Positions 56,824 through 64,000 of a stretch of DNA of 64,000 nucleotides are shown piece after piece. Source of the stretch: Alphaproteobacteria bacterium (lineage in GTDB: Bacteria > Pseudomonadota > Alphaproteobacteria > MPNO01); assembly GCA_964291675.2 (NCBI GenBank), contig OZ219865.1, positions 192,001 to 256,000 of the forward strand, written 5' to 3'. A program made the translations under genes and the position numbers. The stretch's first letter is position 1. Every line of letters begins with the position of its first letter. The notes under the pieces were generated by a model that saw only the letters and a program-made list of their open reading frames with translations, had not been told where the DNA came from and made no database searches.

Positions 56824-57825
56824 TCACAAGATGCAACAGTTCTTTTTCCGCCACAGCAGGTAGCCGAAGTTCTCGCCCGCGACCGGCAGTTCGCGGAGCG
56901 TCTCCCAGAGCACCGTGGAGCGCCCCGTCGGGTTGCAACCGGTGAGGGGATCGACGGCCGGCACCGGCTGGGTCATCTGCCAGCGGTATTGCGATTTCTT
57001 CATCACCGGCATCGGATAGCGCCCGCAGAGCGCGCCCGAGCCCATCGTCCCCCAGGCGAGCCCGGCGCGGTGGAGCCGGTAGAGCAGGCGCTGGGAGGCG
57101 AGCAGCGACGCCTGCACGCCGCCAACATGGGCCGCGACATTGCCGGTCAGCGGGTACATCCCGCCCTGGCAGCCCGCGCACCAGAACAGGGGATCGAGCG
57201 GCAGCCCGGCGGAGGAGGCCGCGCAGTCGGCGGCGCAGGCGGCTTGGGCCGGCAGGTTGGCGAACAGCGCCGCCTCGGGGTTGAGCAGGAAGGTCATCTC
57301 GTCGTCGAGCCAGGCCGGATCGAGCTCCGAGGCCCAGGCGATGTCGAGACCGCCGCCCTCGAGGCAGCCGAGGTCGAGCAACACGCCGATCCAGGACAAG
57401 AGCGGATACATGTAGTAGTGCGCGTGCCAGACCGAGCCCTTAGCGCCGTCGCCGCCGGCCGCGCCAGTGCGCCCGCGCCCGGCCGGCAGGCCCGGGTCGA
57501 TGGTGAGGCCGCCGAGATTGGGGAAACACCAGGGCGCCCGCGTCGCGTCGACCAGCCGGGCCGGCTCCCAGACTCCGAGCGAGAGGCCGATACGGGGAAT
57601 GGGCGAGCCGCAGAGGCAGATCGGCGATCCGGGGTTGGGCGTGTCCAGCACGCCCGAGACACTGCCGATGGTGATCGGCCCGATCGAGATCGGGAACAGG
57701 CACTCCCAGCAGACGTCCGAGATCGGGTTCACGAACCGCCCGGTGCAGCTCTGCGCCGAGGCCGCGCCGGACCACAGCAGGGCCGCCAGGGCGAGCACGG
57801 CCGAGATGGCCAACAGGCGTATCAT
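56824..57825 (-). CDS. traU: Pilus assembly protein TraU
   Basis: CTGRFVNPISDVCWECLFP, WEPARLVD, SELDPAW, FWCAGC, YLLWRKKNCC. Confidence 0.95.
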   Translation of the reverse strand: MIRLLAISAVLALAALLWSGAASAQSCTGRFVNPISDVCWECLFPISIGPITIGSVSGVLDTPNPGSPICLCGSPIPRIGLSLGVWEPARLVDATRAPWCFPNLGGLTIDPGLPAGRGRTGAAGGDGAKGSVWHAHYYMYPLLSWIGVLLDLGCLEGGGLDIAWASELDPAWLDDEMTFLLNPEAALFANLPAQAACAADCAASSAGLPLDPLFWCAGCQGGMYPLTGNVAAHVGGVQASLLASQRLLYRLHRAGLAWGTMGSGALCGRYPMPVMKKSQYRWQMTQPVPAVDPLTGCNPTGRSTVLWETLRELPVAGENFGYLLWRKKNCCIL

Positions 57826-58277
57826 TCCGGTGCGTCCTGCCTGTCGCCGTCTTCGGCTTCCTCCGTTCCCGACGCCCGCGCCTGCCCGGAACCCGATCCG
57901 GGGGCCGATCCGGCATCCTTCGCCCCCGCCGGCCGTCCGCCGCCCAGCATGTTGACCGTGCCCTGCGCGCCGGCGACGACGATCTCGGTGATCGCCCGGT
58001 CGTTCCCTTCCTTGTCGCGGAAGCCGCGCGTCGCGACCCGGCCCTCGACCAGGACCGCATCTCCCTTGCGCAGCATCTTCGCGACCGCCTCGACGGCCGG
58101 GCCGTAGACGACCACCCGGTGCCATTCGGTCGCCTCGGCAGGCCGGCCCTCGCGGTCGGTCCATTTCTCGGTGGTGGCGAGCGAGAAGGTCGCCGCCTTG
58201 CCGCCGTTTTTCAGGTCGCGGATCTCCGGATCGCGCCCGGCATGGCCGAGCAGGGTGGCGCGGTTCATGTTCAGCAT
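57822..58277 (-). CDS. ssb: SSB paralog inside the tra operon, without a Pro-Phe C-terminal tip
   Basis: NRATLLGHAGRDPEIR, FSLATTE, TEWHRVV, KGDAVLVEGR; ends QDAPE; ATGA overlap with traU. Confidence 0.88.
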   Translation of the reverse strand: MLNMNRATLLGHAGRDPEIRDLKNGGKAATFSLATTEKWTDREGRPAEATEWHRVVVYGPAVEAVAKMLRKGDAVLVEGRVATRGFRDKEGNDRAITEIVVAGAQGTVNMLGGGRPAGAKDAGSAPGSGSGQARASGTEEAEDGDRQDAPE

Positions 58278-58280
58278 GGG

Positions 58281-58976
58281 TCAGTCCTCCTCTTCAGGCG
58301 TTGTGCCCTCCCGGTCCCCCGAACCCGTCCGGAGCAGGCTCTCGACCGGGATTTCGGTGATGCGCAGCCGCGTGCCGTCCTGCGCGACCAGGCTCGGCGT
58401 CCGGCGCAGGCCGAAACGCGCGGCGAGGCGCCCGCCCTGGTCGAAGAAGAAGGGCCGGCGGTGTTGCCGCATCAGTTCCAGCGGCCGGCCGGCGAGCAGC
58501 ACGATCTTCGCGGGGCGCGCGTGCGCGAGCGCCCAGGCGATTTCGGCCTCGCGCCTGCCGTCGACGAACAGCAGGTCGCGGACGAGCTTCATGCGCGCCA
58601 GCGGGTTCACCCAAGTCCCGGCCGCCGCGATGAGGGCGCCGTCGGCGGCGCGGACGTCGCGCACGACCGCGATGCCAGGATCGAACAGGCGGCTGCGTTC
58701 TTCCGTGGCCGGCGCGACGTCCCCCACCGGGACGGGCTCTTCCAGCTTCCGCCGCGCGCGGTCGCGGGCTTCGCCCTCCAGCCGGGCCAGCGCGCCCGAG
58801 CGCTCCAATTCGACGAGACGCGCCTCGATCTCCGCCAGCAGGTCGGCTTCGGCAATGGCCCAGCTGGCCCCGCGCACGCCGAGGTCCTTCGCGGAGGACG
58901 CGGTGGACATGGCGGCCGGCATCGCGAGCGTGCAAAGCGCGAACGCGGCGAGCCGGAGGGTGAACGCGGGATTCAT
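58281..58976 (-). CDS. traW: TraW
   Basis: AKDLGVRGASWAIAEADLL, FDPGI, VNPL, FFDQGGRL, TPSLV. Confidence 0.92.
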   Translation of the reverse strand: MNPAFTLRLAAFALCTLAMPAAMSTASSAKDLGVRGASWAIAEADLLAEIEARLVELERSGALARLEGEARDRARRKLEEPVPVGDVAPATEERSRLFDPGIAVVRDVRAADGALIAAAGTWVNPLARMKLVRDLLFVDGRREAEIAWALAHARPAKIVLLAGRPLELMRQHRRPFFFDQGGRLAARFGLRRTPSLVAQDGTRLRITEIPVESLLRTGSGDREGTTPEEED

Positions 58977-59530
58977 GGCCGCCTCCGGACCTTGGCGGGT
59001 CCCGGCCCGGCGATGTCCTCCGGCCCAACCAGCGGTCCTTCCAGGCCGATCCACGGCAGGTCGGGCAGGGCGACGGCGCGGCCGAGGATGCGGCCGCGCG
59101 GAACCAGCCCGATCTCCGCGTAACGGCTGTCGTGGGAATCCACATGCTCGGCGTGCAGGTAGTAGCGCCCCGGCGGAATCGCGCCGGGCGCGATGGCCGC
59201 GAGCGGCCGCCCGTCCAGCGCATGGGTCTTGGCCCGGCCGGCCGGAACGCCGTCGATGCGCACCGTCCGGTCCGGCCCGACCGCGACCGCCATGCCCGGC
59301 ACGCCGCGAACGGTCTTCAGATACGGAACCTTGCCGGCGATCCCGGGCGGCGGCTCGAACAGCACCCGGTCGCCGATCTCCGGGCCGGCGCCGAACAGCG
59401 GGAAGGCGGCATAGCCCCAGGCTTCGTCGGACCAGCTCGTATTGACGTGCACGCGCGAGACGGCGGCCAGCCAGAGCGCCGCCAGCGCGATCATCGCGGC
59501 AAGGCCGAGGCGGCGCCGCCGTGCGCTCAC
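58973..59530 (-). CDS. S26-family conjugative signal peptidase (TrhF-like)
   Basis: VNTSWS, YLKTVRGVPG, IPPGRYY, SHDSRY...GLV. Confidence 0.88.
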   Translation of the reverse strand: MSARRRRLGLAAMIALAALWLAAVSRVHVNTSWSDEAWGYAAFPLFGAGPEIGDRVLFEPPPGIAGKVPYLKTVRGVPGMAVAVGPDRTVRIDGVPAGRAKTHALDGRPLAAIAPGAIPPGRYYLHAEHVDSHDSRYAEIGLVPRGRILGRAVALPDLPWIGLEGPLVGPEDIAGPGPAKVRRRP

Positions 59531-59934
59531 TGTCCGTCTCCCGGCGCCGGCCCGGCCCCCGCGCCCGTCCCCACGGCGAGGATCTCCGCGAGAACCGCTT
59601 CGACCTCGGCCGTCGCGTCGGGCGCCCCGGCGGCGACGGCGCGGGCCGGCAGCAGCACCAGGCGATGCCGTTCGGCCACCCGGTCGAGCGCTGCTTCCAG
59701 CGCGGCGCCCCAGGCCCGCGCATCCTCCGCGGTCCGGCCCTCGGCGGCCGCGCGCGTCGTCCAGGCCGCAGTCATCTCCGCGAGGCGGACCGAGGCGATG
59801 CGCGGAACTTCCGGCACGCCGAACCGCACCGTGGCCGCCGCGACCGCCGCCGCCACCGCGCCCGCGAGCAACAAAGCGCAGACCGGGACCGGCCAGGCCG
59901 GCCCGTTCCGATCCCTGTCAGCCCCGCCCGGCAT
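59527..59934 (-). CDS. trbI: TrbI-like protein (F-type)
   Basis: Single TM, IASVRL, LVLLPARAVAAGAPDAT; position downstream of traC. Confidence 0.75.
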   Translation of the reverse strand: MPGGADRDRNGPAWPVPVCALLLAGAVAAAVAAATVRFGVPEVPRIASVRLAEMTAAWTTRAAAEGRTAEDARAWGAALEAALDRVAERHRLVLLPARAVAAGAPDATAEVEAVLAEILAVGTGAGAGPAPGDGQ

Positions 59935-60541
59935 CCGGGTCTTCCGGCTCGGCAGCCGCGGGCTTGCGCCGCTCCGCCTCCGGTCCCGCGAGCGCCCGGA
60001 AACGGGCGAGCCAGGCCTCGGCGGCCCTGTCGGGCGGCAACGGGCGGATGCGCCGCTTGAGCGGCGGAAACGCGACGCCCGCGCCGGCCGACCTCTGCCC
60101 GTCCAGCAGGTCGCGCCTCTCGGCCGCCGCCGCCATGCGGGTTACGAAACGGAGCAGCTCGGCCCGCTCCTCGTCGAGCGCCACCTCCAGCCCGGCGGCC
60201 TCGCGCACCGCCGCCTCGATGCCGGCGGCGAGTTTTCCGGAGCGCTGGGTGTCGGGCCAACCGTCGCGCAGCCACGCCGACGGCGCATCCGCGACCAGCG
60301 CGTGCAGCGCCAGCGTCCGCCGGTCCTCGTCCGCCAGCCCGTCGAGCGCCTCGATCTCCTCGGAGACGACCGCCGCATGGGCCGCGACCGAATGGTAGGC
60401 GCGCATGCACCCGCCCCGCCGGCAGGCGTTGGCCAGCACATGGGCCAGCGCCTCGAAGTCGATGTCGGCGGCGGTGACAGTCTCCGGATCGCCCGGCCAG
60501 GTGAGCGGCGCCTGTCCGCCGCCGGTCGGTTTCCGCGTCAT
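59918..60541 (-). CDS. YfbR-like HD-superfamily protein with degenerate HD motif
   Basis: IDFEALAHVLANACRRGG...HSVAAHA...LHALVADAPSAWLRD; family pattern is LLHDAxEAYxGD. Confidence 0.7.
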   Translation of the reverse strand: MTRKPTGGGQAPLTWPGDPETVTAADIDFEALAHVLANACRRGGCMRAYHSVAAHAAVVSEEIEALDGLADEDRRTLALHALVADAPSAWLRDGWPDTQRSGKLAAGIEAAVREAAGLEVALDEERAELLRFVTRMAAAAERRDLLDGQRSAGAGVAFPPLKRRIRPLPPDRAAEAWLARFRALAGPEAERRKPAAAEPEDPDAGRG

Positions 60542-63138
60542 GACGCAGCGGCCTCCCATTCGGATGGTTCGGTTTGTCCGGCAGCGGGGCCGGCGACTCC
60601 GCCGGACAGGGCAGCGTCCCCGGCGAGCCGGTCGATCGCCTCGACGGTGCCGAGCCCCCCGGCCTTGAGCCGCTCGACCGCCGCGAAGGCCGGTCCGCGC
60701 GACGAGAACAGCGCCACCGACCAGGCATCGAGCACGAGACGGGCGACCCGCCAGCCGTCCGGGCCGTGTAGCACCAGCTCCGCATAGCGCCCGTCGGCCG
60801 TGGTGAGAGATTTCAGCGCGCGCTCCATGCCGGGATCGCAGTGGATGCGCTTCTCGGATTTCAGCAGCTCGACCGACTCGTCCTTCTGGGCGAGGAAGAT
60901 CGTCCAGTCCGAGTTCTCCCACGCGGCGCGTGCGGCCGGGTTGGCGTAATAGTCGTTGACCGACTGCGTGCCGGTAATCAGCGCGCCGCGGTATTTGCGG
61001 GCGCGCCTGGCGGCGCCTTCAAGGAACGCCTTCGAGTCCTCGCCCGAGAGCAGGTCCCACGCCTCGTCGATGACGATCGCCTTCGCCCGCGTGCGCTCCC
61101 CGTGATACATGCGCTGGGTCGCGAGGAAGACCACCAGCATCAGCACCACCGCCTGGACGTCGCCCCGGCCCTTGAGCTCGGCGAGCTCGAACACCGTCAG
61201 GGCGTTCTCAAGGTCGGGGACGTTGCTTCCGGCGAACAGCCGGCCCATGGCCCCGCCCGGGCACCAGGGGCCGAGGGAGGTGGCCATGTCCTTCGCCCGC
61301 CGGTCGTCGCGGGCGTCCAGATGCGTCCTGACCGTGCCGAGATCGGCATCGTTGCCGGACTCGTCCCAGGCCGCCGCGATGGCCTCGGCGATCAGCGCCG
61401 CCTCGATGTCGTCGATCGAGCCCCGGCGCCGGGCCATGCGGCCGATCACGCCGGCCAGCATGGCGAAGCACTCCTCGCGGTAGTCGCCGTCATGCGCCGC
61501 CGTGCCTGAGTCGATCATCGCGAAGGGGTTGAGGCAGGCCGGGTCCTTGCCGAAGGCGATGAAGGCGCCTTCGAGGGCTTCGGCGGTATGCTGGAACGAG
61601 CGCCCGTCGTCGATCACCACGGCCTCGCCGCCGGCGCCGATCAGCCCGGTCACCAGCTCCTGCATGAGCACCGACTTGCCCGAGCCGGACTTGCCGGTGA
61701 CGGCGACGTTGTAGTTGCCGGCCTCGTTGGCGAAGGGCGACCAGCAGGCGGGCTGGCCCCGGCGCCCGATCAGGAACAGCGCCGGGGGATTGTCCGGGTT
61801 GGCGGGCTGGCCGCGCCACTCGCCGTGCCACGGCGCGAGATTGACGGCCGAGGACGTCAGCAGCGTCTTCATGCGCCCCATGCGTTCGAGGTCGGCGTCG
61901 AGGCCCCCGGCTGAGCCCATGGGCAGGCAAGCAAGCCAGGAGGGGAGCTGCATGTAGCGCTCGGCGTTCACGCGCCAGCCCTGGCCGTGGTAGATCGCGC
62001 GCACCGCCTGCTCGGCCTCGTCGAGAGTGTCGAGCGGGGCGTAGACGGCGGTCATGTAGCAGGCGCGGACCAGCTTCTCGCCGTCCTTGATCCGGTCGGT
62101 GACCGCCTGCCAGTCGCGCGCCTTCTCGGGCAGGCCGGGCAGATACTTGGCGATGCCGGTGCCGGCCTGCTGGGTCGCGCGGGCGGACTTGAGGAAGGCC
62201 TTCTCGCCCGCCGCCTCGTCGCCGGTCACGACGGTGAGGCAGGTGAGCACCGGGCAGCCCGGTTGCAGAAAGTCGCGGTGGAAGTCGCCGATCAGCGCGT
62301 TGCTGCGCCAGCCCGGCCAGACCTCGGGGAAGGCGATCGCGCTGAGCACCCGGACGGCGATATCCCCGGAGCCGCCGTCGCGGCCGCCGTCCGGATGATG
62401 GAAGGTCAGGCCGGTTGGATGCACCGAGAGCGCCCGTCCGGGGGCGATGCACTGCTCGTGCAGCGGATCGCGCGGCGCCCAGCGCCGGGGCGGGCGTTCG
62501 GTGCCGCCGTCGCGGTATCCGCCGATGTCGGGATTCGTGAGCTCCGCCGCGAGCGAGAGCAGCGCGTCGGGCTCCAGCCGGCGGGAGTGCGCCCCGGCCG
62601 AGGCGAGCGTGCCCTCCAGCGCCCGGCGGAACGCGCCGAGCGCGGTCTCCGTCGCCGGACCGGGGGCGCCCGAGAGGCAGGCGGTGACGAACACCCGGTA
62701 GTCGGAGAGGGTGAAGGGCGGCCCGCCGTCGTGGAGCCGCCGCCAGCCGCCGGAAGCCAGCAGATCGCGGCGGCCCGAGCCCATGCGGGCGAGCGCGCCG
62801 CCGGCCTGCGCCCGCGGCCCGGCCCAGGCCCGGCTTGCCGCGCCGAAGCGCGGGCTCGCCCAATGAATGACCTGGACGGTGCAGCGCTCGGGCGCGGCGT
62901 CGGCCAGCGTCCCGGCGAACGCGCCCAGTGTCTCGGCGTCGATCCCGGCGAAGGGCGGCAACTCGACGACGAATCCGGTCGAGCCCGCATTGACGTAGAG
63001 CTCGCTCGATTCGTCGAAGGCGCGCCACGGCAGCAGGGCATGGAGCGCGGCCGGCATCGCCGGGGGCGACCACGGCCCCGGCGCCTCCGGGCCCTCGAAC
63101 ATCTCCAGCAGCCGGGCGAGCGCGCCCGACGCCATCAT
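60538..63138 (-). CDS. traC: TraC (VirB4-like ATPase)
   Basis: LLPWRAFD, GNYNVAVTGKSGSGKS, VIDDGRSF, IVIDEAW, RRARKY, TGTQS. Confidence 0.96.
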   Translation of the reverse strand: MMASGALARLLEMFEGPEAPGPWSPPAMPAALHALLPWRAFDESSELYVNAGSTGFVVELPPFAGIDAETLGAFAGTLADAAPERCTVQVIHWASPRFGAASRAWAGPRAQAGGALARMGSGRRDLLASGGWRRLHDGGPPFTLSDYRVFVTACLSGAPGPATETALGAFRRALEGTLASAGAHSRRLEPDALLSLAAELTNPDIGGYRDGGTERPPRRWAPRDPLHEQCIAPGRALSVHPTGLTFHHPDGGRDGGSGDIAVRVLSAIAFPEVWPGWRSNALIGDFHRDFLQPGCPVLTCLTVVTGDEAAGEKAFLKSARATQQAGTGIAKYLPGLPEKARDWQAVTDRIKDGEKLVRACYMTAVYAPLDTLDEAEQAVRAIYHGQGWRVNAERYMQLPSWLACLPMGSAGGLDADLERMGRMKTLLTSSAVNLAPWHGEWRGQPANPDNPPALFLIGRRGQPACWSPFANEAGNYNVAVTGKSGSGKSVLMQELVTGLIGAGGEAVVIDDGRSFQHTAEALEGAFIAFGKDPACLNPFAMIDSGTAAHDGDYREECFAMLAGVIGRMARRRGSIDDIEAALIAEAIAAAWDESGNDADLGTVRTHLDARDDRRAKDMATSLGPWCPGGAMGRLFAGSNVPDLENALTVFELAELKGRGDVQAVVLMLVVFLATQRMYHGERTRAKAIVIDEAWDLLSGEDSKAFLEGAARRARKYRGALITGTQSVNDYYANPAARAAWENSDWTIFLAQKDESVELLKSEKRIHCDPGMERALKSLTTADGRYAELVLHGPDGWRVARLVLDAWSVALFSSRGPAFAAVERLKAGGLGTVEAIDRLAGDAALSGGVAGPAAGQTEPSEWEAAAS

Positions 63139-63800
63139 CGGAGCCTCCAGGTGGCGGGCTCCAGCACCGCCCGGACGTGGCCCGCCTCGCGGTAGATGCC
63201 GTTTGCGTCGACGAAGGGCGCGATCCAGATGCGTGCCACCACCTCGCCGGTGCGCAGGCCGTCCGCGGCAGCGCCGCCTTGCGCCGGGGCGGCTTCGACC
63301 GGAAGGGCCGCGGGCGGTCCGGCGGGGGCATCCGCTTCCTCGCCCGATAGCGGGTCCGGAGTCCGCACCGCCGGTGCCGCGGACGCCCGTTCGGACCCCA
63401 CGTCCGGCCGCGGCGCGCCTTCAACCGTCTCCGTTGCAAACAGCCGTGCCAGCCAGGCGAAGGGCTCGAACGCGCCGCAGTCCGAAGCGCAGGGCGGCCT
63501 CGCCGCCGTGTCGGGTTCCGTGGTCCGTACCCGCCACAGCGGCTCCACGAGCACGGCATTTCGGGTCGCGGCAGTGTCCGGCACCGCCGGATCGGCGGCG
63601 GCGACGCTGTCGCACGAGCCGCCCTCCGCCAGCGGGCACTGCCAGGACTCGCCGATATGGCCCGAGGAACAGCCGGCAAGCAGGAGCGCCGCGAACGCCG
63701 CGGCAACCGGCATCCCGGCTCGGGAGCCTGCCCCGGACTGGATCCGGGGGCCGGGACAGGTCGCCGCCCGGCGCGGGACGGGTTTCATTGCGTGCGTCAT
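63135..63800 (-). CDS. traV: TraV lipoprotein
   Basis: Lipobox LLAGC, WQCPLAEGGSC, RIWIAPFVD. Confidence 0.88.
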   Translation of the reverse strand: MTHAMKPVPRRAATCPGPRIQSGAGSRAGMPVAAAFAALLLAGCSSGHIGESWQCPLAEGGSCDSVAAADPAVPDTAATRNAVLVEPLWRVRTTEPDTAARPPCASDCGAFEPFAWLARLFATETVEGAPRPDVGSERASAAPAVRTPDPLSGEEADAPAGPPAALPVEAAPAQGGAAADGLRTGEVVARIWIAPFVDANGIYREAGHVRAVLEPATWRLR

Positions 63801-63801
63801 C

Positions 63802-64000
63802 TCACTGTCCTTTCTGCGCGGTGAGCACCGGCCCGCGGCCGTCGATGCGGGCGCCCTCCAAGAACACCAGCGTCACCTTCGTGCCGGCCTGGAGCTGGAC
63901 CACCGGCTGATACTGCTCGGCGCGGCGGATCATGTAGTCGGCGACCTTCTGACCGGCGCTCGACGCCCCCGCGCCGAGGCCCGCGCGGCCGATATCGCCC
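63802..64000 (-). CDS. traB: TraB C-terminus (partial, runs off the window)
   Basis: ...GASSAGQKVADYMIRRAEQYQPVVQLQAGTKVTLVFLEG...*. Confidence 0.88.
   Translation of the reverse strand, partial: GDIGRAGLGAGASSAGQKVADYMIRRAEQYQPVVQLQAGTKVTLVFLEGARIDGRGPVLTAQKGQ

Larger units (their letters stand above)
10801..64000. mobile_element. F-type conjugative element (ICE or plasmid); boundaries not determined, continues past the right edge
   Basis: LSR module, leading-region genes, oriT, MOB-F relaxase, TraD and F-type T4SS genes form one continuous block. Confidence 0.8.

Noticed and set aside
54808-58107. 1099-aa + strand ORF across traN-traU
   Set aside because: Antisense shadow of well-supported tra genes
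1-64000. tRNA, rRNA, rep or parA genes
   Set aside because: None recognised by eye; a tRNAscan/Rfam/HMM run is needed to exclude them formally

Overview
High-GC window, most likely alphaproteobacterial (an alpha-type LexA box and gene content suggest this; inference). It is dominated by an F-type (MPF-F/MOB-F) conjugative element; no rep gene or confirmed att boundary is visible, so ICE versus plasmid is unresolved. Left to right: (1) a lower-GC cargo zone with an HNH-NACHT (NLR-like) gene split by an intact IS256 with an 8-bp target duplication, plus IS66 and integrase debris, an SRPBCC gene and a NERD/SNase nuclease pair; (2) an XRE regulator divergent from a four-gene operon: catalytically dead resolvase paralog, large serine recombinase, two ParB/RepB-like proteins; (3) a ~27 kb leading region almost all on the + strand: AAA-unknown-VWA triad, a large ParB ending in an FtsZ-like tail, GHKL ATPase, RadC, SRAP, methylase-strawberry-notch helicase, RelE/HigB-type TA, two SLOG proteins, SSB, AlkB, NADAR, Toprim primase, DUF4326; (4) an oriT with a 14-nt match to the F nic site at 43040-43053; (5) relaxase, coupling protein and tra genes on the - strand, with a very short TraN, a tail-less SSB and a degenerate HD protein. 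Best candidates for new biology: the ParB with an FtsZ C-terminal peptide mimic, the dead-resolvase/LSR/ParB-ParB module, and the oriT-proximal DNA-lesion and ADP-ribose reversal cluster. All family calls come from motif recognition by eye, not database searches.
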